From positions 2,089 through 66,088 of the forward strand of contig JBMYRG010000018.1 of assembly GCA_049602055.1 (NCBI GenBank): DNA of 64,000 bases. Direction: 5' to 3'. Origin of the DNA: Alphaproteobacteria bacterium. GTDB lineage: Bacteria > Pseudomonadota > Alphaproteobacteria > MPNO01 > UBA2964. Numbering within the stretch: position 1 is the stretch's first letter; each line of letters begins with the position of its first letter. Of the stretch, positions 27,957 through 37,869 are shown piece by piece. The notes under the pieces were generated by a model that ran no database searches, had not been told where the DNA came from, and saw nothing but the letters and a program-made list of their open reading frames with translations. Both the position numbers and the translations under genes were made by a program.

Positions 27957-28535
27957 CTAGAACGGTAACCAGCTATGTTCCTGGCTGTAATGCAAGTAGC
28001 CAACATTGGCGCCGGCGCGAAGGCCAACACCGGTACGAATTGGCGCGAGAATGATGTCGCCAGCCTGTTGATAGTTGAGACTTAGTCCTGCGATCACGTA
28101 CAGGCTGCCATCGACCCCTGGAAAACGGCGGTATAAATCACCGGGGTTTTTGAGGTGATAGACCAGGGTAAAGACCTTCGAGGCATTCCCCCCAAAGTCA
28201 AATCCAACAGAAGGACCTTGCCAATAAACCTTGCGTTTGCCTGACTTCTTTTGATTTAACTCGCCTTTGCCATAGCGGAGTCCGACAATAAAAGCGCCAC
28301 CAGCTTCTTCGCCGAGAATTATGCCGTTAGGTTTTCCGAGATCGGAAAACACCTTTTCGATACCCTGTGCCAGGCCTGCGGTCGTATGACCAAAGAACCC
28401 TTTGGCTTTTTCCAGTATTTCATCTTGGTTGTAGGTGTCGTCGCTTTTGGTTTGTGCGCTAACAGGTGATCCAAAGGCAAAAGACGCGAAGATCAAGGTA
28501 AAGATTGCGAAAGTACTGATGAACCGCGCATACAT
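27957..28535 (-). CDS. DUF1134 domain periplasmic protein (EipA-like)
   Basis: Signal peptide plus a roughly 165-aa domain (…GFFGHTTAGLAQGIEKVFSDLGKPNG…GGAFIVGLRYG…). Recognised from memory as alphaproteobacterial DUF1134. Confidence 0.5.
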   Translation of the reverse strand: MYARFISTFAIFTLIFASFAFGSPVSAQTKSDDTYNQDEILEKAKGFFGHTTAGLAQGIEKVFSDLGKPNGIILGEEAGGAFIVGLRYGKGELNQKKSGKRKVYWQGPSVGFDFGGNASKVFTLVYHLKNPGDLYRRFPGVDGSLYVIAGLSLNYQQAGDIILAPIRTGVGLRAGANVGYLHYSQEHSWLPF

Positions 28536-28588
28536 GAACATTTCTCCATTAGCGTATTAGGCAAATTTGCCGCAGTCTAACGCCAGTT

Positions 28589-29893
28589 TTATCGACTCGT
28601 CCCATCGATTTTTATTGGGGTTTTCGCTTGCTTGAACCCGCGTCCCTTTTTTATCGCGCCATCGCCAAACCTTGCCCGAACATTGTCCATCGTTTGCTCT
28701 ATCGCCTTGACACGCCCGCCGTCGGGATTTCCGAGATCGAGCGGGTCTGCAAACATCGCCGATGAGAAATCGCTGATTCCTATTCCGATAAGGCGATAAG
28801 CGTCCCCTTGTGCCTCTTTGCGAACAAGCTCCGCCCCGGTCTGCCAGATAACTTCGGCAAGTTGTGTCGGGTCCGGCAGGGTCCGGCGTCGTGTTCGGAT
28901 CTGAAATCTGTCGGTTTTTAGTTTCACAGTAATCACACGACCCGAAAGCTCAGCCATCTTGGCGCGGGCAGCAACTTTTTCTGCCAGTGGCCAAAGGTGT
29001 TTGATCAGAGCGTCCGGTGACCGAACGTCGTCAGAAAAGGTGGATTCCGACGAAATGCTTTTGCGGTTTCCGTCCGGGTTGACGCGGCGATGATCGTTGC
29101 CGGTGGAAAATCGATGTAATCGCGTACCGATAGAGCCATAGCGTTTGACGAGAAATTCCTCGGAGCATGTACGGAGGCTGCCAATTTCATTGAAGCCATC
29201 GGCATGGAGTTTACGTTGCAAAGCCTTGCCAACGCCCCAAAGTTTGGACACAGGCTGATGATCCAGAAAGGTGAGTGTTTCTTCGGTTCCGACAATCGAA
29301 AATCCCCGCGGCTTATCGAGATCGGAGGCTATCTTGGCAAGAAACTTGTTGTGGCTCAGCCCTACGGTAACTGTCACGCCAATTTCCTTTTCTATTCGTT
29401 GAGCGAGGCGCGCCAGTGTTTCGGCAGGCGATGCCCGATGTAATTTCTCAGTCCCGGAGAGATCAAGGAACGCTTCATCGATAGAGATTGGTTCGACCAA
29501 AGGTGTGGTGCCCAGCATCAGGGCGCGGACCTCTCTGCCGGCAATAGAGTATTTTTTCATGTCCGGGCGCACGATAACGGCCTGAGGGCAAAGCTTGCGG
29601 GCCTTGAACATTGGCATTGCAGATCGACAGCCGAATTTGCGGGCATCATAGTTTGCCGCCATCACAACACCGCGTCCGCCCTTGCCGCCGACGAGAACGG
29701 GCTTGTCCTTTAGGCTCGGATCATCCCGCATTTCGACCGAGGCATAGAAGGCATCACAATCGATATGGGCGATGGAGAGCGTGTCCAGCTCGTCGTGAAC
29801 AATGACCCGTGTGGAACCGCAATCCGGACAAACGCTATCAACGCCATCTTCGGACGGACCCGTTTCAAAACAGTCACGACATAACCACGGCAT
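28589..29893 (-). CDS. dinB: DNA polymerase IV (Y-family) with N-terminal CxxC…CxxC zinc-ribbon extension
   Basis: IAHIDCDAFYASVE catalytic motif, thumb and little-finger regions. About 40 extra N-terminal residues: CRDCFETGP…CPDCGST. Confidence 0.85.
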   Translation of the reverse strand: MPWLCRDCFETGPSEDGVDSVCPDCGSTRVIVHDELDTLSIAHIDCDAFYASVEMRDDPSLKDKPVLVGGKGGRGVVMAANYDARKFGCRSAMPMFKARKLCPQAVIVRPDMKKYSIAGREVRALMLGTTPLVEPISIDEAFLDLSGTEKLHRASPAETLARLAQRIEKEIGVTVTVGLSHNKFLAKIASDLDKPRGFSIVGTEETLTFLDHQPVSKLWGVGKALQRKLHADGFNEIGSLRTCSEEFLVKRYGSIGTRLHRFSTGNDHRRVNPDGNRKSISSESTFSDDVRSPDALIKHLWPLAEKVAARAKMAELSGRVITVKLKTDRFQIRTRRRTLPDPTQLAEVIWQTGAELVRKEAQGDAYRLIGIGISDFSSAMFADPLDLGNPDGGRVKAIEQTMDNVRARFGDGAIKKGRGFKQAKTPIKIDGTSR

Positions 29894-29935
29894 ATTCTAA
29901 CGATGGTGTTTAATACCGTTTAGGTCAATTGGCGG

Positions 29936-30832
29936 TTACTGAAAATACAGCCGGTCGGGATTGTCGACGAGAATTTTGTGCAGCTGGTCCCTATCGCCTG
30001 CCATCTCCGCGATGAGATCCAACAGGTCTCCTTCATTAGGGATCCTACCCGGCGTGAAGGTGTTGCCATGCGGCCAGTCTGTCCCCCAGATTACTCGATC
30101 CGGCGCCGCATCAATAACAGCCTGACCCAGCGGAATAACATCGCTGAAAGGCAGTCCGCTATCGACGCGCGCCTGCGGTGTGGCACTGATTTTGTCGACG
30201 CTGCAGATTTTCACCCAGAAGCGGTCATCCTTGAGTAAGTCGAGCAGGAGTTTGAAGCCTGGCTGATCGAGCCCGTCGGCGGGGCGACAGCGCGCCATAT
30301 GATCGACAATTGTTGGGATGGGGATATTGCGGATAAAGGCCTCGTTATCGATGAAATGATCGGTTTCGACATGCAGAACCAGGGACCAGCCAAGCTTTTG
30401 CATCCGTGGGATCGCGTGTTCGATCATTTCTGAACTGCCGGGTCGATCAGACATGAGCGAGAACCGTGCGCCACGTGTTCCGGCCTCATGCAGGGCTTCG
30501 AGCTCTGCATCGGTGGTTTTCTCATTGAACCGGATGACAGCCCGCATATTACCGTTGGACTGCGCGACCGCATGCAGGATCGCCGAATTATCCATGCCAT
30601 GCGCTGTCGGTTGGACCGCAATGGCCCGTGTCAGCCCCGTCAATCTTTGCACATTCTGATAGTGCTCGATCGGGGCACCCGGCGGGTTGTAACGTCGCGT
30701 CTCAGCGAAAGGGAAACGATCCGGGGGACCGAATATATGAAAATGTGTATCACAGGCCTTGTCGGGCACCTCGAACGAAGGCGCCTTGGTATTGGGGTCG
30801 GGCGGCAGGGCGTAGGGCAGATCATTGGTCAT
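29936..30832 (-). CDS. amidohydrolase-2 family TIM-barrel hydrolase (LigI / ACMSD-like)
   Basis: CDTHFHIF metal-binding start and WGTDWPH near the C-terminus. Start set at MTNDLP (30832), 10 nt after the upstream stop. Confidence 0.7.
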   Translation of the reverse strand: MTNDLPYALPPDPNTKAPSFEVPDKACDTHFHIFGPPDRFPFAETRRYNPPGAPIEHYQNVQRLTGLTRAIAVQPTAHGMDNSAILHAVAQSNGNMRAVIRFNEKTTDAELEALHEAGTRGARFSLMSDRPGSSEMIEHAIPRMQKLGWSLVLHVETDHFIDNEAFIRNIPIPTIVDHMARCRPADGLDQPGFKLLLDLLKDDRFWVKICSVDKISATPQARVDSGLPFSDVIPLGQAVIDAAPDRVIWGTDWPHGNTFTPGRIPNEGDLLDLIAEMAGDRDQLHKILVDNPDRLYFQ

Positions 30833-31607
30833 TGTGGTTACAATACCTTTCAAGGAAGTCGTGAACGAAGGGGCCCCAGATTTGTTGTCCGGCAGCGCAA
30901 AAACGGTGGGCTTCGGGCCCCGCCGTGCCCCAGGGTGGGAAAATCCTGGCGTCATGCGGGTGGCCGCGCCGTTCGAGAAGTGCCGCGATTTCAGTTGTAG
31001 GGGCGGTGTTAAAATCATTCTCTGGCTGGATCAGGCAAACCGGCTGAGTCAGGGTTGAAGCAGCATCCAACAGCATCTGTTTGATTTTCGGGTGTTTGGC
31101 CCACTGGCTGGCGCCGCCCGAGAAATCCACGCCGCAGCGCCAGCGAGGATCGGCAGCCAGCGCGAGTAAGGTGTGGATACCGCCGAGAGAGCTGCCCATG
31201 ATAATAATGCGGTCGGCATCGACCTCATCGAGCCCGGAAACATAATCGAGGGCCGCGATAACATCCTTGTTCTCGCGCTGTAACCGTGCCGACATCTGTT
31301 CGTCATGCTCTGCAGTTCCACGTGGGGCAGGCACTTCGTCGCCCACGACAACGCCAAGTGAGTTGCCATACCCTGCGCGATGCGGAAACAGATAGGCGCA
31401 GCCCCAGGACAGAAACAAGGCGGCGGTTTGCGGGTGTGACAGATCGGTTGTGCCGGGTGGTGTGGCGCTGCCGTGATTATCAATCACGCAGGGGAACGGG
31501 CCTTTGCCCGGCGGCAGAAACAGGAATCCTTTTAGTGTCCCCGTGCCGCCGGTAAATTCGACCTCGTGCGGGGCCATTGAATGACCATCGAGATTTGGGT
31601 TTTGCAT
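30822..31607 (-). CDS. dienelactone hydrolase family protein
   Basis: Alpha/beta fold with nucleophile elbow GSSLGG and a dienelactone-hydrolase-like layout. Start at MQNPNL with RBS AAGAGGA. Confidence 0.65.
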   Translation of the reverse strand: MQNPNLDGHSMAPHEVEFTGGTGTLKGFLFLPPGKGPFPCVIDNHGSATPPGTTDLSHPQTAALFLSWGCAYLFPHRAGYGNSLGVVVGDEVPAPRGTAEHDEQMSARLQRENKDVIAALDYVSGLDEVDADRIIIMGSSLGGIHTLLALAADPRWRCGVDFSGGASQWAKHPKIKQMLLDAASTLTQPVCLIQPENDFNTAPTTEIAALLERRGHPHDARIFPPWGTAGPEAHRFCAAGQQIWGPFVHDFLERYCNHNDQ

Positions 31608-31722
31608 CGTGACGTCCTCTTTTCTGTAAAGCTTACCGCATGAAGAGGTGATGGGGGAGGTGCAGTTTGCGGGAATTTGTCGGTATGATAGGAAAAATGA
31701 ACATGCAAAAAGGGAGCTAGCC

Positions 31723-32808
31723 ATGCGGCATCGTGATACCGGGGTTTTGCTTTACGATCAGGGCCATGCGACGGACGGCTATACGCTGATCGTGCCATTG
31801 GTCAGCAAGGAAGCCTATGTTATCGGCATGCGGGGCGAGGTTCTCCATAACTGGCATTTTCCCCTAACGCCCGGCAACTACGCCTACTTGTTGCCGACCG
31901 GCAATCTCCTGTGGTCCGGTCGCACGACGGAAGGACCGCCCTTGCGCCGCGGCAAGGGCGGGTTGATGCGCGAATATGACTGGGAAGGCAACGTTGTCTG
32001 GGAATATGAAGATCATGGTCAGCATCATGATTTCCGTCGCTGTCCCAACGGTAACACGATCTATCTCGGCTGGGAGCCATTACCCGATGAATACGCCAGG
32101 CGGGTGGTCGGTGGCATTCCCGGCAGCGAACATGACGGGATTATCTATGGTGATTATATCCGTGAGGTGAATCCTGCTGGCGAAACCGTCTGGGAATGGC
32201 ATTTTCATCTCGATGAAGATATTGAGGCCCATCCGTTGATTGACTCCTGTGACCGCGAGGAGTTCGCTCACGCCAATGCCTGTTTCCCGCTGGAAAATGG
32301 TGATGTGCTGGTCAGCTTCCGTCGAACGCATACGTTGGCGATTATCGACAGGCAGACCAAAAAGTTCCGCTGGATGAAAAAAGATGTCATGTGGGGAACC
32401 ACTCACGATGTTCAGATGCTGGACAATGGCAACCTGCTGTTCTTTGCGAACGGTATTTACACACCAATCAATCCGTTCTCGCGGGTAATCGAACTCAACC
32501 CCGAAACCGGAGAGGAGGTCTGGGATTATCGCGGGCAGCCAACCTGGACATTCTTCAGCCCGAATATTTCCGGGGCGCAGCGGCTTTGGTCGGGTAATAC
32601 GCTGATTTGTGAAGGGCAGATGGGGCGTGTGTTTGAAGTTACCCCCGATCAGAAAATAGTCTGGGAATATGTATCCCCGTTCTTTGGTGGCTATAACTGG
32701 TTTGGTTTCGAACGTGGTGGCTCGGGCAATTCTCTTTTTCGGGCCTACCGGTATTCATCAGACTCGCCAGAAATCGCGGGACGTGTAAAATCGCCTTACG
32801 CTGGGTAA
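31723..32808 (+). CDS. arylsulfotransferase (ASST) family beta-propeller protein, cytoplasmic type
   Basis: Repeated W/H-rich propeller blades (…NGNTIYLGWEP…HDVQMLDNGNLLFFANG…) resembling ASST domains. No signal peptide. RBS AGGGAG. Confidence 0.5.
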   Translation: MRHRDTGVLLYDQGHATDGYTLIVPLVSKEAYVIGMRGEVLHNWHFPLTPGNYAYLLPTGNLLWSGRTTEGPPLRRGKGGLMREYDWEGNVVWEYEDHGQHHDFRRCPNGNTIYLGWEPLPDEYARRVVGGIPGSEHDGIIYGDYIREVNPAGETVWEWHFHLDEDIEAHPLIDSCDREEFAHANACFPLENGDVLVSFRRTHTLAIIDRQTKKFRWMKKDVMWGTTHDVQMLDNGNLLFFANGIYTPINPFSRVIELNPETGEEVWDYRGQPTWTFFSPNISGAQRLWSGNTLICEGQMGRVFEVTPDQKIVWEYVSPFFGGYNWFGFERGGSGNSLFRAYRYSSDSPEIAGRVKSPYAG

Positions 32809-32822
32809 ATCTGTTACAGGGT

Positions 32823-33806
32823 TTGATGAGATTTTCACGATCCACTTTTGCGTCCCCGTTTAAACGAGTCCTTTTCTGGTTTGCATTGGTCCCTGTTTTG
32901 GTGGCGATAGTACCAGGGCTAGAGTCTCCCGGCTCGGCTTTGGAACGAATTAGCCATTTTCCATTACAGGGTGCTTATGGCGGACTCGTACTGTTGATAG
33001 TTTTTTTCATTTTAAGGCAGCTGCCAGGGAGTGGGTGGATTTTTGGTTTTGTGGTCGTTGGCCTCGTCGGAAATTTTGTTTGGCTGTTTCCGTTTCTGCC
33101 GACCAAGGATGGTGTGTCTCAGGAGGTGCAGGGTGAGCGGATAAAGATAGTTCAAATGAATGTTTTGACGATAAACCGTCATTTCGCTGCCGTTAATGGA
33201 TGGCTTCTCGGAACGGATGCCGATGTCATCGTTTTGGAAGAAGTAAATTCTCTTTGGATTTCTGAACTGACACCCTTGCTGAAAAAATATCCTTATCGAG
33301 TTGCCCGTCCGCGCAATGATAATTTTGGCATTGCCATCTTTTCACGACACCCGATTAGTCAAAGTCGTGTCGTAAGTTTGCCAGTGATACCGGTGCCGGC
33401 GGTTTTTCTGGAGTTGAAATTTAAAGGCACTCGCATAAGACTTGCTGGCGCCCATGCACCACCCCCCTTGTCAAATAGGGCCGTCGCGACGCGAAATGAG
33501 GGGTTGGCAATGTTGACGCTTTGGCGTCTGGATGAGCCGGAAGTTCCGTCTATCCTCGCCGGCGATCTTAACATCACACCGTATAATGCTCGATTTAGGA
33601 AATTCATTAGAGATAGTGGCCTAATTGATCCGCGGCGTGGGCGTGGCTTGACGCCGACCTGGCCTGGTTTATTGCCACGGCAGGTACAAGTGCCGATCGA
33701 TCATATTCTGCACGATAAGAAATTCCGGACGATCTCGCTGGAAACCGGTCCGCGGATTGGTGGTGATCACCTGCCGCTGATCGCCGTTTTGGAACTCAAA
33801 AAATAA
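32823..33806 (+). CDS. endonuclease/exonuclease/phosphatase (EEP) family protein with N-terminal TM helices
   Basis: Two N-terminal hydrophobic helices, then EEP motifs (VIVLEEVN…GDLNITPYN…GDHLPL). Confidence 0.7.
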   Translation: MMRFSRSTFASPFKRVLFWFALVPVLVAIVPGLESPGSALERISHFPLQGAYGGLVLLIVFFILRQLPGSGWIFGFVVVGLVGNFVWLFPFLPTKDGVSQEVQGERIKIVQMNVLTINRHFAAVNGWLLGTDADVIVLEEVNSLWISELTPLLKKYPYRVARPRNDNFGIAIFSRHPISQSRVVSLPVIPVPAVFLELKFKGTRIRLAGAHAPPPLSNRAVATRNEGLAMLTLWRLDEPEVPSILAGDLNITPYNARFRKFIRDSGLIDPRRGRGLTPTWPGLLPRQVQVPIDHILHDKKFRTISLETGPRIGGDHLPLIAVLELKK

Positions 33807-33815
33807 CGCCCGTTC

Positions 33816-35450
33816 CTAGAACGACGCTGGCGCGAGGGGCTCTTTTGCTCGCATAAGGTCTGACGCTTTTTCTGCCATCATAATCACTGGTGCGTTGATA
33901 TTACCGCCAGGCATGTCGGGGAACACAGAGGCATCAATGACCCGAAGTAAGTCTATGCCGCGAACCCGAAGTTCATTATCGACAACCGCCATATCATCAT
34001 TGTCCGTGCCCATCTTGCAGGTGCCGGCTGGATGATGAACGGTCCAGGCCGTTTGCCGTATATAGGCGTCAATATCGGCTTTACTGGTCACACCGGGGCC
34101 AGGCTGTATTTCAGGTCCACGGAAAGGGTCTAATGGCTTTTGATTTGCGATATCTCGTACCATGTCAAACCCGGTGCGCAGCGTTTCCCAATCCTTTTCC
34201 GCCGTTAAGAAATTTTGATGAATAGCCGGCTTGTCGCGTGGATCGCTGGACTTCAATTTGAGTTCTCCACGACTTTCGGGATGTAAAACAGCCGGACGGC
34301 ACATAAAGGCGTCCTTGGGTTTTTGGCGAATGCCCGGGAACCAAGGCTGCGATTCTGGCGGGACGAAACGGGTAAGCAGCTGGATATCGGGCTGTTGCAG
34401 CGAAGTCTGGCTTTTGAGGAAGGCCATGATGGGGCCCGGCATCTCGGTTGCGAATCCATCGCCCATAAAATAGGCCCGCAGCATCGCAAGCGCGATTCGA
34501 TCATAACGTAGATGCCCTACGAATGGTCCGTCCGCAGTTCGCTCGAATTCAATACCGACGCCAATGTGGTCCTGCAGATTTTGACCGACACCCGGCAATG
34601 CGGTTTTGCAATCAATGCCATGTCGCTTGAGTTCTTCGGGGTTTCCAATGCCCGAAAGCATCAATAGTTGGGGCGAGTTGATAACGCCGCCAGACAGAAC
34701 AACTTCGCGGTCAGCGTGAACCGTTTCTGTCCGGCCATTGCGCGAATATTCGACGCCAATTGCCCGGCCATTTTCAACGATAACTTTTAAGACGAGTGAT
34801 TTGTCGAGAACGGTGAGATTTGGCCGTTTCATCGCAGGGCGAAGGTAGGCGACCGCCGCGCTGCACCGTTTGCCCTTGCGGATGGTCGACTGCATGACGC
34901 AGAAGCCCTCGTTCTCTGTATTATAGTCGTCGGTGACGGGATATCCCGCTGCGAGTCCGGCTTCCAGCCAGGCCTCTTTGAGCGGGTCCGGGTAGATATT
35001 CTGGATAGTGGTCAGAGGACCGCCACTGCCGCGAATTTCGGTTTCGCCGCCTTCCCAGTTTTCTGAGCGTTTGAAATAGGGTAGGGCATGAGCATAGGAC
35101 CAGCCTTTCAGACCCATGTTTTCCCAGCGATCGAAATCGGCAGGGTGGCAGCGCACGTAGGCCATGGCGTTTATCGAGGATGATCCACCAATTACCTTGC
35201 CCCGGGCGCATTCAACTTCGCGATTATTCAGTTCTGGCTCAGGTTCGGTGAAATAACCCCAGTCATGGAGGCGGTTAAACAGAATTTTCCCCCAGCCCAG
35301 CGGGACGTGAATGAGAGGGTCCCTGTCCTGGCCACCAGCTTCGAGCACCAGGACGTTTACATCGCTCTCTTCAGTCAGGCGGTTGGCGAGAGTGCACCCG
35401 GCGGACCCTGCGCCAACAATAATGTAATCATATGTTTTTTTATTACTCAT
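33816..35450 (-). CDS. GMC family oxidoreductase (choline dehydrogenase-like)
   Basis: YDYIIVGAGSAGCTLANRLTE, GGSSSINAMAY, C-terminal HPAGTCKMG. Confidence 0.85.
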   Translation of the reverse strand: MSNKKTYDYIIVGAGSAGCTLANRLTEESDVNVLVLEAGGQDRDPLIHVPLGWGKILFNRLHDWGYFTEPEPELNNREVECARGKVIGGSSSINAMAYVRCHPADFDRWENMGLKGWSYAHALPYFKRSENWEGGETEIRGSGGPLTTIQNIYPDPLKEAWLEAGLAAGYPVTDDYNTENEGFCVMQSTIRKGKRCSAAVAYLRPAMKRPNLTVLDKSLVLKVIVENGRAIGVEYSRNGRTETVHADREVVLSGGVINSPQLLMLSGIGNPEELKRHGIDCKTALPGVGQNLQDHIGVGIEFERTADGPFVGHLRYDRIALAMLRAYFMGDGFATEMPGPIMAFLKSQTSLQQPDIQLLTRFVPPESQPWFPGIRQKPKDAFMCRPAVLHPESRGELKLKSSDPRDKPAIHQNFLTAEKDWETLRTGFDMVRDIANQKPLDPFRGPEIQPGPGVTSKADIDAYIRQTAWTVHHPAGTCKMGTDNDDMAVVDNELRVRGIDLLRVIDASVFPDMPGGNINAPVIMMAEKASDLMRAKEPLAPASF

Positions 35451-35471
35451 AGGGCCTCCCTGTTATGCAGC

Positions 35472-35506
35472 AAAACGGCAAAGGGCCAGACGTTTCCGCC
35501 TGGCCC
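35472..35506 (-). terminator. rho-independent terminator downstream of dctP
   Basis: GGGCCAG-acgtttccgc-CTGGCCC hairpin, followed on the minus strand by TTTGCCGTTTTGCTG. Confidence 0.5.
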
Positions 35507-35531
35507 CATCATGTCGTGTATCAATCGCTTT

Positions 35532-36542
35532 TTATTTTGGTGCGTCGGCAGACGCTGTTTTCAGAACGTCCTTAAGAATGCCATACATCTTAGAGGTCTT
35601 GGGGTTGCCACCCAGGAACTCATCACCAAGTGGCGCAAGTCTTTTCGTGACTTCTGCCTGATCAGCGGCAGACAGACGAATAACTTCGGCGCCGTTCTTT
35701 TTCCACAATGCTTCCGCATTCTTGTTTGCGTTGGCAGCGAATTTACCGGCAAAGGCTTCTGCATCACGGCCGGTTTTGATGACCATTGCCTGCAGGTCCT
35801 TCGGCAGTTTCGCCATCCAGCGCTTGCTGACAAACAGCACACTCGGGATCATGCCGGATTCGATCAGCGTGATCGATTTGGTTGTTGTGAAGAACTTGGT
35901 GGCACCCATCACGACGATCGAGCTACGGCAGCCATCGATGGTTTTACGTTGCAGCGCAGGCAAAACCTCGAGGTAGGGCATAGGAACACCGGTCATGCCA
36001 AGAGTTTTAGCGAGCTTGCTTTCCATTTTGGTTGCCAGAACACGAACCTTGAGCCCTTTAAGATCGTTGAGAGTCCGAATTGGTTTCCGAGAAGCAATCG
36101 AGGTAGGTCCATAATTGTAAATGGAGATACCGAGAATGCCGTGCTTCTCCGCCAATTTCAGATAAGGCGTCCGGAACTTCGGTGTGGTCAGGGCATTATG
36201 CGCGTGCCAGTAGTTTTTGTAGATACCGGGGGCGTCTGGTGCCTGAAAGGCAACATTCATGCCGGAGAGAAAACCGGGCGGTGACAGAAAAGCCGCCTGC
36301 GCGCCAATCTTGAGGTTTTCAAGCTGACGCGGAATTTTGCCGAGCTGTCCCGCCGGGAAAACCTTTACCTGGATTTTACCGCCGCTGCGTTCTTCAATCA
36401 TTCTTTTGTATTCTTTGGCGAGGGCATGCTGCGGGTCATTGATGGTGACCATCCCGATATTCATTTTATATTGCGCCTGGGCGGCCCCGGCCGCGAGAAC
36501 GGCGATGGCGGCACCAGTTGCCAAAACGGATTTAATAATCAT
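35532..36542 (-). CDS. dctP: TRAP transporter substrate-binding protein, DctP family
   Basis: Signal peptide plus the DctP fold; last gene of the dctQMP operon. Confidence 0.8.
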   Translation of the reverse strand: MIIKSVLATGAAIAVLAAGAAQAQYKMNIGMVTINDPQHALAKEYKRMIEERSGGKIQVKVFPAGQLGKIPRQLENLKIGAQAAFLSPPGFLSGMNVAFQAPDAPGIYKNYWHAHNALTTPKFRTPYLKLAEKHGILGISIYNYGPTSIASRKPIRTLNDLKGLKVRVLATKMESKLAKTLGMTGVPMPYLEVLPALQRKTIDGCRSSIVVMGATKFFTTTKSITLIESGMIPSVLFVSKRWMAKLPKDLQAMVIKTGRDAEAFAGKFAANANKNAEALWKKNGAEVIRLSAADQAEVTKRLAPLGDEFLGGNPKTSKMYGILKDVLKTASADAPK

Positions 36543-36583
36543 TTCTTCCTTTTCCTCCTGTTAAAATCGTCTAAATGAATTAT

Positions 36584-37864
36584 TTAGCCTAATAGCCGGA
36601 CAAGAACGAGCGAAAGGTCCGGCCAATACGAAATAACGCCCAACGCGATTAAGTTGATAATGATAAACGGAACGAGCCCCGGGTAAAGACTTGAAAGGGG
36701 GACCCGAAATAATGCCTGGGTGACAAATATGTTCAACCCAAAGGGCGGCGTGAACATCCCTATGCTGACATTAACAGTCATAATGATGCCAAAGTGAATG
36801 GGGTCGATACCGGCGGCTACAATAACCGGTTTGAGAATCGGTGCCAGGACCAGAATGGCGGAGGCGGGGTCAAGAACACAACCAACCGCCAATAAAAACA
36901 GGTTGATGATTAACAAGACCATCCAGCTTTCGAGGCCAAGGCTCTGAATCCATTCGACCATTGATTGCGGAACGCCAGCGATTGTTAAAAGACGTGAAAA
37001 CAGTGTGGCCGCGCCAACGATGATCAGCACCTGCGCGGTTAGATAGACCGACTCAATAGTGACCTTCCACAGGCCGGTGGGAGTCATATCCCGATAGACC
37101 CACATGGCGACAATGATTGCGTAAAGGCAGGCAACCCCTGCGGCTTCGGTTGGCGAGAATATGCCAGCATAGATACCGCCAAGGATGATCAGCGGTGTGC
37201 CGAGCGCCCAGGCACCCGCCTTGGTGGTTCGCCCAACGCGTTTTACGGTGAATTTTTCGCCTTCCTGAATGTCGCGTTTGCGGGCGTAAAAATAGATATA
37301 GAGCCCCATGACGAAGGCAATAAACAGGCCGGGCAGGACCCCGGCGATAAAGAGGTGTCGAACAGATTCTTCTGCCGCAGCACCATACAGGATCATGGCT
37401 ATTGATGGCGGGATAATACCAGCGATAGCACCGGATGAGGCTAGCAAACCACTGGCGAATTTCTCCGGATAGCCTTTTTCGCGCAGTGATGGGAACAACA
37501 TACCACCGATGGCCGCAACGGTGGCCGGGCTGGATCCTGAAATCGCGCCAAAGATGGTGCAGGCGCCAACGGTTGTCAGAGCCAGACTGCCACGAATTGC
37601 ACCGAGCAATGAGACCACCCAGTCAACCAGACGGCGGGAAATACCCCCCTGCGCCATGATGGCGCCGGCAAAGATAAAAAACGGTACAGCTATCAGCTTG
37701 TAATTATCGACACTACCGAAAAGCTCGATCTGCACCATGGTGATCGGCAGGTCCATGATGAACAGGATGGTGATAACGGATGACACCATCAGAATGACAA
37801 AGATCGGAAAGCCCAGGATCAGGAGAATGACCGGAAGGACCCCCATGACGAGAAATAATTCCAT
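36584..37864 (-). CDS. dctM: TRAP transporter large permease
   Basis: 426-aa 12-TM-like protein with the DctM signature. Confidence 0.85.
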   Translation of the reverse strand: MELFLVMGVLPVILLILGFPIFVILMVSSVITILFIMDLPITMVQIELFGSVDNYKLIAVPFFIFAGAIMAQGGISRRLVDWVVSLLGAIRGSLALTTVGACTIFGAISGSSPATVAAIGGMLFPSLREKGYPEKFASGLLASSGAIAGIIPPSIAMILYGAAAEESVRHLFIAGVLPGLFIAFVMGLYIYFYARKRDIQEGEKFTVKRVGRTTKAGAWALGTPLIILGGIYAGIFSPTEAAGVACLYAIIVAMWVYRDMTPTGLWKVTIESVYLTAQVLIIVGAATLFSRLLTIAGVPQSMVEWIQSLGLESWMVLLIINLFLLAVGCVLDPASAILVLAPILKPVIVAAGIDPIHFGIIMTVNVSIGMFTPPFGLNIFVTQALFRVPLSSLYPGLVPFIIINLIALGVISYWPDLSLVLVRLLG

Positions 37865-37869
37865 CGGGC

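Noticed and set aside
30488-31000. 170-aa plus-strand ORF within the amidohydrolase-2 and dienelactone hydrolase region
   Set aside because: Antisense overlap with two well-supported genes; no recognisable domain.
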